Origin: Spirochaetia bacterium
GTDB taxonomy: Bacteria > Spirochaetota > Spirochaetia > SP-2023
Direction: 5' to 3'
Assembly (NCBI GenBank): GCA_965225855.1
Contig: CBDDCK010000005.1
Span: 1,888,001-1,952,000, forward strand
DNA: 64,000 bases
In this document: one piece after another, positions 52,515 to 62,222 of the stretch
Layout: each line of letters opens with the position of its first letter
How positions within the stretch are numbered: position 1 is the stretch's first letter
Notes under the pieces: generated by a model
What the model was told of the DNA's origin: nothing
The model's database searches: none
Seen by the model: the letters and a program-made list of their open reading frames with translations, nothing else
Position numbers and translations under genes: made by a program

Positions 52515-52928
52515 AGAAGAGCCCCGACTAAATAGTGATAAGAAACCCGACTAAATACCCAGAAGAGCCGCAACTAAATAGGGATAAGAAACCCGGCTAA
52601 ATACCCAGAAGAGCCGCAGCTAAATAGTGATAAGAAACCCGACTAAATACCCATAAGAGCCGCAACTAAATAGTGATAAGAAACCCGACTAAATACCCAG
52701 AAGAGCCGCAACTAAACAGGGATAAGAAACCCGACTAAATACCCAGAAGAGCCGCAACTAAACAGGGATAAGAAACCCGACTAAATACCCAGAAGAGCCC
52801 CGACTAAACAGGGATAAGAAACCCGACTAAATACCCAGAAGAGCCGCAACTAAATAGTGATAAGAAACCCGACTAAATACCCAGAAGAGCCGCAACTAAA
52901 TAGTGATAAGAAACCCGACTAAATACCC
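52515..52928. repeat. Tandem array: 9 x 46 bp (two 23-bp subunits)
   Basis: Consensus AGAAGAGCCGCAACTAAATAGTG-ATAAGAAACCCGACTAAATACCC, units every 46 bp from 52515; degenerate short homologue at about 59243-59300. Confidence 0.95.
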
Positions 52929-53108
52929 AGAAGCCCATATAGCCCAAGCTAAAGTACCCTAACACAAAAAAAGTGCCAAAAACATAAAAAAAGTTTGTAA
53001 AAAGCCCTATATGGGTCTTGACGCAACACCCCCCCTAGCAAAATGGGACGCTATACACTAACCCGTATGGGTTTTGTCAATCTCAATCCATTTTTGGAGG
53101 TATTGCTT

Positions 53109-54449
53109 ATGTATAAGCTGAAACTATTTTTATTGCCTGTAGCCTTGCTACTGGGCTTTATGGCCTTTGCCTGCACCCCACCCGATGACGATGCGCCGTC
53201 TTCTGGTCCGTCTAAGTCGCCTAAGGAGGTACTCGAAACCGAACAAGTCGAAGATAAGCAGTCTGAAGTATCCGATGACAATAAGCCATCTAAGCAACCT
53301 AAAGACAAACAAGTCGAAGATGAGTCGCGTAAGCTACCTAAAGCCTCAATTACCAGTGCAACCTACGATGTTGGCACGGCTCTGTTAACCGTACAAGGTA
53401 CTCACTTAGGTAGTGCGCAACAAGCGCAAATCCAAACCATCAAAGTATATGACCTAGTTTTAAGTTCCTATACTGCAGATGAGGATGCCACTGGGGCAGA
53501 TAGTCGCAGTCTTGCAAAAGGTAAGTACCGCATCAAAAGAGATGGCACAGCCATTTGGCTGAAACTTACCGATCGACATAAAGCTACTCTAAATGGTAAG
53601 ACAGGTATGGATAGCAATGGTAGAAAAGACGCTAAGCTTAGCGTTGCCTCTGGTACTGGTACTTGGGCGGGTTTAGATACAGCCAAAGACTTGGCCGTTA
53701 GTGGAAACCCACCCGCAATTACCCGTGCAACCTACAATGCTATTACAGGCGTGTTATTGATTACAGGTACTAATTTACCAAAAGTAGTGGATAGCTGGGA
53801 CTTTAGCAAATTGAAGTTTGTCGCAGGTAATGGTGATAAGAGTCCCGCATTAAAAGCGCACGAAAACGCAGGTGAAAACACAGCCACAGGTTCTGCAGCC
53901 AGTGCAACAAGCTTAACGATTACTTTAACGGGTACTGAACAACTCAAAGCCTATAATATATTGGTTGTGAATGGTCGTAGTGATGATGATGGTGCATACA
54001 ACCTTGAAGCAACAGCAGGATTTGCCGGTGGTAGGGCAGCAGACACAAGCAATAACCCTATTAACGTTAGTGGGTACGACGTAAACCGGCTCTCCTACGC
54101 AAAATACTATTCTAATAGTAGCCTTTTAATTATTAATGGTAGCGGTTTACCGACAACAGTTGCAGACTGGGACTTTAGCAAATTGACGCTTGTATCCGGT
54201 GATGGTAGTAAGAAATTCAAATTACCCAAGCACTCAACTTCAGGTGAAGACACAGCCACAGCTAATCTTTTCTTTAGTAACGCCATATATATTCGTTTAA
54301 GCGGTAGTGTAAAAGCCAAAGCCAATGCTATACTGGTTCAGAATGGTGTTAGTGATGATGGTGGTGCATACAATTTGGAAGCAGCAGCAGGATTTGTAAC
54401 GGGTAGCGCAGCAGACCGAACAACTAGTATTAAAGTTAGTGGTTGGTAA
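53109..54449 (+). CDS. Modular surface lipoprotein, copy 3: linker - A - B - B
   Basis: GGAGG RBS; MYKLKLFLLPVALLLGFMAFA-C; one A and two B domains. Confidence 0.85.
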   Translation: MYKLKLFLLPVALLLGFMAFACTPPDDDAPSSGPSKSPKEVLETEQVEDKQSEVSDDNKPSKQPKDKQVEDESRKLPKASITSATYDVGTALLTVQGTHLGSAQQAQIQTIKVYDLVLSSYTADEDATGADSRSLAKGKYRIKRDGTAIWLKLTDRHKATLNGKTGMDSNGRKDAKLSVASGTGTWAGLDTAKDLAVSGNPPAITRATYNAITGVLLITGTNLPKVVDSWDFSKLKFVAGNGDKSPALKAHENAGENTATGSAASATSLTITLTGTEQLKAYNILVVNGRSDDDGAYNLEATAGFAGGRAADTSNNPINVSGYDVNRLSYAKYYSNSSLLIINGSGLPTTVADWDFSKLTLVSGDGSKKFKLPKHSTSGEDTATANLFFSNAIYIRLSGSVKAKANAILVQNGVSDDGGAYNLEAAAGFVTGSAADRTTSIKVSGW

Positions 54450-54562
54450 GTAGGGTTTGGTTGTTGCAAACGCTTGCATTGGCCAATTATAGCCTTGGTA
54501 TAAGGCTACAAACTTTTTTAGTAATAGCTTTGAATAATTATTACCAGAACGTTGCCATAACA

Positions 54563-54635
54563 ATTAAGAGAGTCTCTTAATGCCCAACAAGAGATTCTCT
54601 TAATAAGAGACCTTCTTAATAACTAACAAGAATTT
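54563..54635. repeat. ATTAAGAGA..TCTTAAT satellite downstream of lipoprotein 3
   Basis: ATTAAGAGAGTCTCTTAAT at 54563 followed by related units. Confidence 0.8.
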
Positions 54636-54853
54636 TTTGTAACAAGATAAACTTTGGCCAAGCCTTGCTTGCCTTTTTGGTGGGCAGTATGGCTAGCAAT
54701 AGTCGTTTCATTTTGCGTGCAAATTTACAAATGTACAGGCATAGAGCGCAGCCTAGAAAACTTTGCCTATGGCTTTTTGCGTTTAATGGAGATTTTAGGA
54801 TTAGGACACAGTTCAAAAACACAGAATTGCATAAATTACTAATTACAAAAATA

Positions 54854-55630
54854 TCACATTGCGGATATAGGTATCACAATTAAATTATCTTTGTGGCAAA
54901 TCACATCGACAGCATATTCGTAAACATCTTGTACCATTTGTACCGTCATAACATCGTTTACCGGACCATCGTCATATATTTGCCCATCTTTCATAATCAC
55001 CACGCGCTGGGCATATTGAGATGCTAATGTTAGGTCATGCAGCACAACTACCACGCACAAATCTTTTTGGGCTAATTCGCGTCCGGTTTTAAGAATATGG
55101 TGCTGATGCGCCATATCCATCGATGCCGTGGGTTCATCTAAAAACACCACTGGAAAAAAGCCCTTGCCGATACTATCGTAAATTTGTACTAATACGCGCG
55201 CCATTTGGCAACGCTGCTTTTGCCCCCCAGATAAAGTAAGATAACTGCGCTCTGCCATGTCGGCTAGGCCACAATTATTTAGGCACTCTTCTACAATATC
55301 TTGGCTGTCTTCTTCCAGATCACCCAAAGAAACTACTTCGCGCACGCTAAAGGCAAAGGACAAAAAACTCTCTTGGGGTAGAACGCAGCGGCGGCGCGCT
55401 AACTCTTTGATAGTCAAGTCTTTCATACGTTCATTGCCGTATAAAACCTCGCCACTTTTGCAAGCAATATCGCCACTTAGCAATTTTAGCAGTGTCGACT
55501 TGCCCGCTCCATTGGGGCCGAGCAATGCGGTTAATTCACCCTTTCTAAAGGATATATCTATATTGGAGATAATTTCTACTCCGCCGGGCGCAAAGCGCAT
55601 AGAGCGGGCAACCAGTCCATCTGCGAGCAT
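54854..55630 (-). CDS. hmuV: Haem ABC transporter ATP-binding protein
   Basis: GPNGAGKSTLLK.LSG, VLPQ.S.LSF.FSV.EVV.LG, RSY.TLSGG..QR...ARVL.Q, LHDL.LASQYA. Confidence 0.85.
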   Translation of the reverse strand: MLADGLVARSMRFAPGGVEIISNIDISFRKGELTALLGPNGAGKSTLLKLLSGDIACKSGEVLYGNERMKDLTIKELARRRCVLPQESFLSFAFSVREVVSLGDLEEDSQDIVEECLNNCGLADMAERSYLTLSGGQKQRCQMARVLVQIYDSIGKGFFPVVFLDEPTASMDMAHQHHILKTGRELAQKDLCVVVVLHDLTLASQYAQRVVIMKDGQIYDDGPVNDVMTVQMVQDVYEYAVDVICHKDNLIVIPISAM

Positions 55631-55668
55631 AATCTTTGTTCCTAAATTGGGTTATAGCTGATTGATAG

Positions 55669-56862
55669 CTATTGTATGTGCTTTTTATTTCGCAATAAGA
55701 CATACAAAAAGAATGGTGCGCCAATTGCCGCCGTAATAATGCCAATTGGTATTTCTGCGGGTGGAAACATAGTGCGTGCCAGAATATCCGAAAATAAGAC
55801 TAGGCAGCCGCCCAAGACCATGCTATTGGGCAATAAAAAACGATGGTCGGGCCCGGCAAGTAAGCGAATCACATGGGGTACTACTATGCCCACAAAAGCA
55901 ATCGGCCCGGCAATCGAGACACAAATCGCAACAGCTAATGCAGTTAGGACTACGCACCAACGGTTGAATTGGGTGGTATCAATTCCCATGTGGCGCGCTT
56001 CGGCTTCACCCAGTAGTAAAGCGTTTAGCCCGCGCGCCAAACGAGTGATAGCCAAACATACAAAAAGCAAAACTAAAGCGATAGGTATGTATTTCCAGCT
56101 GATACCGCCCAAACTGCCTAAAGACCAAAACGCAATATCGCGCAATTGTGCATCCGTTGCAATGTAGGTCATTGTGCCAGAAATGGAGCTCACAATTGCA
56201 TTGATAGCTATGCCTGCAAGCAACATGGTTACTACAGAGACGCCGCGTTCGGTGATAGATATGGTATAAATAAATACGGTGACTGTTACTCCTCCCACAA
56301 ACGCAAATACGGGAATGAGCCAGAAGCCCAAGATTTTTTGCGCAGCCGTAAACCAAACGCCAGCCAAAACGATGGCTATCGCCGCCATGACTGAAGCCCC
56401 AGCCGATACGCCGATTAAACCGGGGTCTGCCAGCGGATTGCGAAACATTCCCTGCATTACCGCCCCAGAAGAAGCTAAACCAGCCCCGATTAAAAAGGCG
56501 GCTATCATTCTGGGGAAACGGATTGTCCAAACGATTAAGTTTTCGGTTGTGTCGGCGCGGCTGGGTGTACCTAGCAAGTTGTGCGCGATAATTTCCCAAA
56601 CGCGAAAAAAATCCACTTGATATGCACCAATGACCATATCAAAAATAGCTAGCAAACAAGCTAAAGCAATAAAAATAGGTGGCAAGATTCGCCGGAAAAA
56701 GCGGTGGTGCAATTTCATTCCCAAAGGATTATATGTTTTGGGATTTTGCACTTTGGAATCTTGAGCCTCGTAATTTTTTGTTGGATAATTTAGGGATTCA
56801 CTATCCATTTGGTTGTCTATAGTGGGGTTTTCTATAGCGGGGATCAGTGGTTTACTACTCAT
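55669..56862 (-). CDS. hmuU: Haem ABC transporter permease
   Basis: MQGMFRNPLADPGLIGVSAGA, MLLAGIAINA, FWSLGSLG, LLGEAEARHMG, GPDHRFLLP. True start may be downstream. Confidence 0.85.
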   Translation of the reverse strand: MSSKPLIPAIENPTIDNQMDSESLNYPTKNYEAQDSKVQNPKTYNPLGMKLHHRFFRRILPPIFIALACLLAIFDMVIGAYQVDFFRVWEIIAHNLLGTPSRADTTENLIVWTIRFPRMIAAFLIGAGLASSGAVMQGMFRNPLADPGLIGVSAGASVMAAIAIVLAGVWFTAAQKILGFWLIPVFAFVGGVTVTVFIYTISITERGVSVVTMLLAGIAINAIVSSISGTMTYIATDAQLRDIAFWSLGSLGGISWKYIPIALVLLFVCLAITRLARGLNALLLGEAEARHMGIDTTQFNRWCVVLTALAVAICVSIAGPIAFVGIVVPHVIRLLAGPDHRFLLPNSMVLGGCLVLFSDILARTMFPPAEIPIGIITAAIGAPFFLYVLLRNKKHIQ

Positions 56863-56975
56863 ATTGCAAAGCCTCTTTCATATCAAAAGCCAAAAAGAAT
56901 ATAAAAAATATTAAAGAACAAGCACAAATATCAAGCAAGATACAAAGTAACCTGCTTGATAATCGCACAAATCTT

Positions 56976-57914
56976 TTATTTGTCTGTACCTAAAGATGAT
57001 TCGGGAGCGTAGGCGCGCGCTGGCAATTGGGCTTTTTTATCCTCGCCATGCAATTTGCCAATCATGTAGTTTACCGCCTGTGGGGTACGCGGCCCCATCG
57101 CATAAACCATGCCCGAAACAAACATGACTTTATCATTTTTATAGGCGCGGGTTTCTCTTAGCCCTGGCAAATCGGCTATGGTTTTGCCTGCTTCATCAAG
57201 CCGTTTTTGTGAAAAGGTATAAAACAAAATAACATCAGGGTCTTTGGCCAGCAGAGCTTCTTTTTGCGCCTCAGTACTGCGGGGTACTCCTAAAAATACA
57301 TTTTCTCCCTTAGCCCAGCCCAAGGTTAAAATAGAATCACCCGTGCCGCTGGCAAATAGTTTGTCTTTATAATAATAGACTAAGGCATATTTTACCGGTG
57401 TGAGCTGGCTGGCTGCGGCAGTAACCGCGGCAAAATCCGCCTCTACATCTTTGGCGATTTTATCCGCTTTGTCTGCTTCACCCAAAAACTCACCGATCAA
57501 GCGAATGTTGTGCGCTACATCGCTTTGGTTTTCGTTAATTTTGGTGCGCAATAACTTTATGTCAGGTGCTTGTTGTAAAACTTCTACAGTTTGCTCCGGA
57601 CCCATTTTACCATTACCAATAACATGCGTTGGCTTTAAAGTTAAAATTCCTTCTGCTGGTGCGCGGTGCACATAGCCCGCGATAGGATAGTCCTTTTGCA
57701 AGCGCGCTGGGTAGGTACTGGTGCGACCAACACCCACTATTTCCTTATCTTTGCCCAGCAACGCTACCACTTCGGCAGTGCCCGAACCTAAGACGACTAT
57801 GCGCGTTTCGTCAATCATAGCTTGGGGTTGTTTAGAATTACCCCTAGCGATCAGCAATGCTGAGACTATGGATAGTAAAAAGAGTGCAAAGGCACTTATA
57901 GCAAATTTTCTCAT
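56976..57914 (-). CDS. hmuT: Haem ABC transporter substrate-binding protein
   Basis: RIVVLG...AEVV.LLG, VG..TSTYP, GY (haem-ligand Tyr)...EGIL.LKP, MGPRTP; AGGAG RBS. Confidence 0.8.
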   Translation of the reverse strand: MRKFAISAFALFLLSIVSALLIARGNSKQPQAMIDETRIVVLGSGTAEVVALLGKDKEIVGVGRTSTYPARLQKDYPIAGYVHRAPAEGILTLKPTHVIGNGKMGPEQTVEVLQQAPDIKLLRTKINENQSDVAHNIRLIGEFLGEADKADKIAKDVEADFAAVTAAASQLTPVKYALVYYYKDKLFASGTGDSILTLGWAKGENVFLGVPRSTEAQKEALLAKDPDVILFYTFSQKRLDEAGKTIADLPGLRETRAYKNDKVMFVSGMVYAMGPRTPQAVNYMIGKLHGEDKKAQLPARAYAPESSLGTDK

Positions 57915-57977
57915 AACGAAAATGCTCCTTATTTTTTAGATTTTATTGATTAAAAACATAACCAATAATTTTGGAAA

Positions 57978-58010
57978 ACTATAATTAATATTATTATGAT
58001 AGTCAATATC
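57978..58010 (-). promoter_or_regulatory. hmu promoter overlapped by a Fur box
   Basis: Minus strand TTGACT-17-TATAGT; TATTATGATAGTCAATATC (57992-58010) matches 15/19 of the Fur consensus. Confidence 0.7.
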
Positions 58011-58085
58011 ATATTTTAATATTTTAACAATTTTTTTTGATATTTTTTACAATTAAAAATTTATTTAAATTTATTCTCTGGAGAG

Positions 58086-58115
58086 TTGACAAAAATGATA
58101 GTTATTACCAATAAT
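58086..58115 (+). promoter_or_regulatory. Ankyrin gene promoter overlapped by a Fur-like box
   Basis: TTGACA-18-AATAAT; AAAAATGATAGTTATTACC (58091-58109) matches 14/19 of the Fur consensus. Confidence 0.55.
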
Positions 58116-58174
58116 ATGAATCAAGCTTTATTAAGCTCGATTCACACTTAGATATATAAAAAGGAGTTTTATCT

Positions 58175-58792
58175 ATGAAATTTATAAAGTATGCTCTGCC
58201 GATTAGTCTTTCGGTAGTGTTAATTGCGGCTATAGGCTTTGGGGTGGGTTTTGCGGCCAACATTCAAAATACGTTTAGCATAGCGGGTTCTAAGCAAAAT
58301 TATCTGTGGCGCAAAGCATTCTGGCGCAGCGCAACGGTAGCCGATGTGCAAAAGCTTATTGCCAATGGAGCAGATGTTACCAAGGCTGACGAGCAAGGAA
58401 TGAGCCCATTGGCTCTGGCTGCCATGATCAGTCAAGATGAAGAGATAATCGAACTATTGGTAGATGCTGGTGCCGATGTCAATGCCCCTACTGCGGATTG
58501 GGGCTGGACGCCGTTATTTTGGGCAGCAATGAATAATACCAATCCGCAAATTATTAAAACTCTGGTGGAAAAAGGAGCTAATGTTGAAGAACGCTGTGTT
58601 GGTATCCACTCCACCCCGTTGATCGATGCGGTGGTACACAACCCCAGTTCGGCAGTAGTTCAGGCTTTACTAGATGCTGGTGCTAACCCCAACGCCAAAG
58701 ATGACAAAGGTTTATCTGCTATCGATTATGTGCGAATGGATGGTAATCATCACAAAGACAACGATGTTTACCAAATGTTGGTTAGCAGATAA
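58175..58792 (+). CDS. Exported ankyrin-repeat protein
   Basis: Signal/TM N-terminus; GMSPLALAA, GWTPLFWAA, TPLIDAV, LL.AGA..N repeats; AAGGAG RBS. Confidence 0.9.
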   Translation: MKFIKYALPISLSVVLIAAIGFGVGFAANIQNTFSIAGSKQNYLWRKAFWRSATVADVQKLIANGADVTKADEQGMSPLALAAMISQDEEIIELLVDAGADVNAPTADWGWTPLFWAAMNNTNPQIIKTLVEKGANVEERCVGIHSTPLIDAVVHNPSSAVVQALLDAGANPNAKDDKGLSAIDYVRMDGNHHKDNDVYQMLVSR

Positions 58793-58888
58793 TTCACTTT
58801 TGAAATAAAGCCTCTGCCCCATAATCTAAGGCTACCCCCATAATCTAAGGCTGCCCCCCCGAAAAATCTAAGAAAGTCTAAATGGCCC

Positions 58889-58929
58889 CAAGAAACGCAA
58901 GACATAAATTTTATGTCTTGCGTTTCTTG
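58889..58929. terminator. Long perfect hairpin after the ankyrin gene (probable terminator)
   Basis: CAAGAAACGCAAGACATAAA-T-TTTATGTCTTGCGTTTCTTG. Confidence 0.6.
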
Positions 58930-59329
58930 TTACTTGGTATTTGGCTGAACGTGATTAATAAAGTACTAGCCCAGTAGTCAATGCTAAGGGAACCAACCCG
59001 GGCGTGGGTTTAAGCCCCGATAGCAGCCAAAAGTTAGACTAGATAGCCCAAAGGCTGGACAAATTATTACAAAAGCGCAATTCCCAAATTTAGAGAGCGA
59101 AGGCAAAGGCATTTTGGAAGTGATGGCACGAATGCACGCCAGCGCAATGCACTTGGCTTACGGCATGATAGACTACCATGCGCAGCAACAAATCCAAAAC
59201 ACTATATGGCCAAAGTTGTTTGCGCAAAGTGCTTTCGGTATATACCCAGAAGAGCCCGACTAAATACGGAGAGAGCTTCGGCTAAATACGGGAAGCCAAT
59301 ATAGCCAAAACTATTGATCATTGCATGGA

Positions 59330-60159
59330 AACAACCAAAGGCCAACCAAACACCACCCCAACCCCACCCAATAACTGCCCCAGCCCCAACCAACAAGCCA
59401 AAGCAACAAGCCGAAATAGCCATACAAACGCACATACAAACGCAATTGGGCAATTGGGCAATTGGGCAATTGCCCAATTGCGTTTGCCGATGCGAATCTA
59501 CAAGTCATCGCCTGTCTTACCACAATACACCTTTCCGCCTTGGTATAAAGTCATCGCCTGTCTTGCTGCAATATAGCTTTCCGCCTTGGTATAAAGTATT
59601 GTTCCGCATTGGTATAAAGTCATCGCCCGTCTTGCTACAATATAGCTTTCCGCATTGGAGTAAGGTATTGATCGAAGGCGGAGAGATGTATCATAGCAAG
59701 GCACTAAAAACCATAAAAATAAGCAGGCCATAGACTTCCTAAAACGCAACAACATCGTAAAAAGCCAAAACTGGGACGACCTCAAATAGGGCCAGTATGC
59801 CGATGCTTTGACCTTAGCCCACAGCGTCAATGCTGGCATTTTAGACGACTTGCACAATATCTGGCTATATATTGCGGGCCGATGACCCCAACTGCGATAT
59901 ATTGATACCGCCCAATGGTTGGCATGGTTGGGTTGGCACGGTTGGCATAGTTGGCGTTGCGCCTGCTATCGCATACCCCCAAGCCTTTTGATTGGCATGG
60001 ATTTTGAACCACCTTACAACACTAAGACACAAAAAAAGCACAAAAAACTTACAAAAAGCTTATATAGGCCTTGACGCAACACCCCCCTAGCAAAATGGGG
60101 ATTTACAGACTAGCCCGTATGGGTTGGTTAATCTTTATCCATTGTTGGAGGTATTGCTT
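59330..60159 (+). repeat. Conserved upstream cassette element, copy 4 (C-run cluster, CAATTGGG microsatellite, 23-mer satellite 59492-59675, MuF relic 59705-59980, promoter 60071-60096)
   Basis: High identity to 44190-44975. Confidence 0.9.
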
Positions 60160-62133
60160 ATGTATAAGCTCAAACTATTTTTATTGCCTGTAGCCTGGCT
60201 ACTGGCCTTTATGGCCTTGGCCTGCGCCCCACCCGATGACGATGCACCATCTTCTGGGCCGTCTGGGCCGACTATCAATAACGCTATCTACGACTTTGCT
60301 ACGGCTCTGTTAACCGTACAAGGTACTGACTTAAGTCCTACCAGTGTGAAACAAGCGCAAATCCAAACTATCAGGGTAGGAAGCCGAACAAATGGTGTAG
60401 CCTTCAGTGCCTATACTGCAGATGCCAAACCCACTGGGGTAAATAGTAACGGTCTTGAACAAGGTAAGTACCGTATTAAAAGCGATGGCACAAAGCTTTG
60501 GCTGAAACTTAAAGATGAACATAAAGCTGCTCTTGAGGCCAAGGTGGGTAGCAATGGTCTAAAAAAAGGGTTGCTTAGCGTTGGCACTGGTGCTTGGGCG
60601 GGTTTAAATATAGCCAAAGACTTAACCGTTAGGAATATACCCGATAAGCCATCTGAACAAGCCGAACAAGCTGAACAAGCTGAAGAAGAGTCGCCTAAGC
60701 AATCTAAAGACGAACAAGCCGAACAAGCTGAACAAGCTGAAGAGCAGTCGCCTAAGCAATCTAAAGACGAACAAGTCGAACAAGCTGAACAAGCTGAAGA
60801 AGAGTCGCCTAAGCAATCTAAAGACGAACAAGCCGAACAAGCTGAACAAGCTGAAGAGCAGTCGCCTAAGCAATCTAAAGACGAACAAGCCGAACAAGTC
60901 GAACAAGCCGAAGAGCAGTCGCCTAAGCAAGCTAAAGACGAACAAGACGAACAAGCCGAACAAGTCGAACAAGCTGAAGAAGAGTCGCCTGAACTACCCG
61001 ACCCCGCAATTACCCGTGTAACCTACAATGTTATTTCAGGCGTGTTAGAGATTACAGGTACTAATTTACCAGCAGCAGTTGCAGACTGGGACTTTAGCAA
61101 ATTGACGCTTGTATCCGGTGATGGTACTAGATACACATTACCCCGGCACTCAACTTTAAGTATAAACGTAGTCACAGGTTCTACATCAAGGATTTTAAGT
61201 AGAAACACAGCCACAGGTTCTAGGGCAAGTGCAACAGAATTATTTATTCAGTTAAGGGGTAGTGTAAAAGCGGAAGCCGAGAAGATACTGGTTAACGATG
61301 GTGATAGTGATGCTAATGGTGCATACAACCTGGAAGCAGCAGCAGGCTTTGCAGGTGGTAGCGCAGCAGACACAACCAACCCTATTACCGTTAGTGGGCA
61401 TACAGCCAGAATCATCAGTGCAACCTACGATGCTAATACAGGCGTGTTATTGATTGCAGGTATCAGGTTACCGAAAACAGTTGCAGGATGGGACTTTAGC
61501 AAATTGACACTTGTATCCGGTGATGGTACTAGATACACATTACCCGAGCACGCAACTGCAGGTGAAAACACAGCCACAGGTTCTAGGGCATTTATAGACA
61601 GCATAACTATTACTTTAAGCGGTAGTGTAAAAGCGGAAGCCGAGAAGATACTGGTTAAGACTGGTGATAGTGATGATAATGGTGCATACAACCTGGAAGC
61701 AGCAGCAGAATTTGTAACTGGTAGTCCAGAAGACACAAGCAACCCGATTACCGTTAGTGGCTACGTAAGCCTGCTCGACTCCGTATTATACAGAGCTACT
61801 AGAGGCTTGTTATATATTAGTGGTAGCAGGTTACCGACAACAGTTGCAGACTGGAACTTTAGCAAATTGACGATTGTATCCGGTGATGGTAGTAAGAGAT
61901 ACACATTACCCGAGCACGCAACTGCAGGCACAAACAAAGCCACAGGTTCTAGTGCAAGTGCAACAAGCTTAATTATTACTTTAAGCGGTAATGTAAAAGC
62001 CAAAGTCAATGCTATACTGGTTAAGGCTGGTTTTGGTGATGCTAATGGTGCATACAACCTGGAAGCAGCAGCAGAATTTGTACCTGGTAGTCCAGAAGAC
62101 CCAACCACTGGTATTCAAGTTGTAAATTATTAA
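60160..62133 (+). CDS. Modular surface lipoprotein, copy 4: A - long EQA linker - B - B - B
   Basis: GGAGG RBS; MYKLKLFLLPVAWLLAFMALA-C; one A domain, tandem EQAEQAEQAEEESPKQSKD linker, three B domains. Confidence 0.85.
   Translation: MYKLKLFLLPVAWLLAFMALACAPPDDDAPSSGPSGPTINNAIYDFATALLTVQGTDLSPTSVKQAQIQTIRVGSRTNGVAFSAYTADAKPTGVNSNGLEQGKYRIKSDGTKLWLKLKDEHKAALEAKVGSNGLKKGLLSVGTGAWAGLNIAKDLTVRNIPDKPSEQAEQAEQAEEESPKQSKDEQAEQAEQAEEQSPKQSKDEQVEQAEQAEEESPKQSKDEQAEQAEQAEEQSPKQSKDEQAEQVEQAEEQSPKQAKDEQDEQAEQVEQAEEESPELPDPAITRVTYNVISGVLEITGTNLPAAVADWDFSKLTLVSGDGTRYTLPRHSTLSINVVTGSTSRILSRNTATGSRASATELFIQLRGSVKAEAEKILVNDGDSDANGAYNLEAAAGFAGGSAADTTNPITVSGHTARIISATYDANTGVLLIAGIRLPKTVAGWDFSKLTLVSGDGTRYTLPEHATAGENTATGSRAFIDSITITLSGSVKAEAEKILVKTGDSDDNGAYNLEAAAEFVTGSPEDTSNPITVSGYVSLLDSVLYRATRGLLYISGSRLPTTVADWNFSKLTIVSGDGSKRYTLPEHATAGTNKATGSSASATSLIITLSGNVKAKVNAILVKAGFGDANGAYNLEAAAEFVPGSPEDPTTGIQVVNY
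60655..60990 (+). repeat. Coding VNTR, ~57-bp unit with nested 9-bp GAACAAGCY repeats
   Basis: EQAEQAEQAEE(E/Q)SPKQSKD repeated 5-6 times. Confidence 0.9.
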
Positions 62134-62222
62134 GTAGGGTTTGGTTGTTGCAACCCTTGCATTGGTTGGCCAAAAGCAGCCTTGGTAAGTTTTTTTATCA
62201 TGGCTGCTTTTACCAATTATAG

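Larger units (their letters stand above)
52492..54665. mobile_element. Putative non-autonomous element carrying lipoprotein 3
   Basis: 16-bp perfect inverted repeats AGGCTTGGCCAAAGTT (52492-52507 / 54650-54665), flanked by TGCTT on both sides; no transposase inside. Confidence 0.4.

Noticed and set aside
52515..52928. CRISPR array or plasmid iteron origin
   Set aside because: Head-to-tail near-identical units without unique spacers; no rep or cas gene nearby.
56006..56620. Long overlapping alternative-frame ORFs within hmuU and other transporter genes
   Set aside because: Shadow ORFs of well-supported genes with no recognisable motifs.
58814..58872. ~19-bp CT(G/A)CCCC(C)ATAATCTAAGG repeat x3 as part of the 23-bp satellite system
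   Set aside because: Different, variable period and unrelated sequence; treated as an ordinary short tandem duplication.
44976..62133. Diversity-generating retroelement acting on the lipoproteins
   Set aside because: No reverse transcriptase in the window, and differences between repeats are not visibly restricted to adenines.
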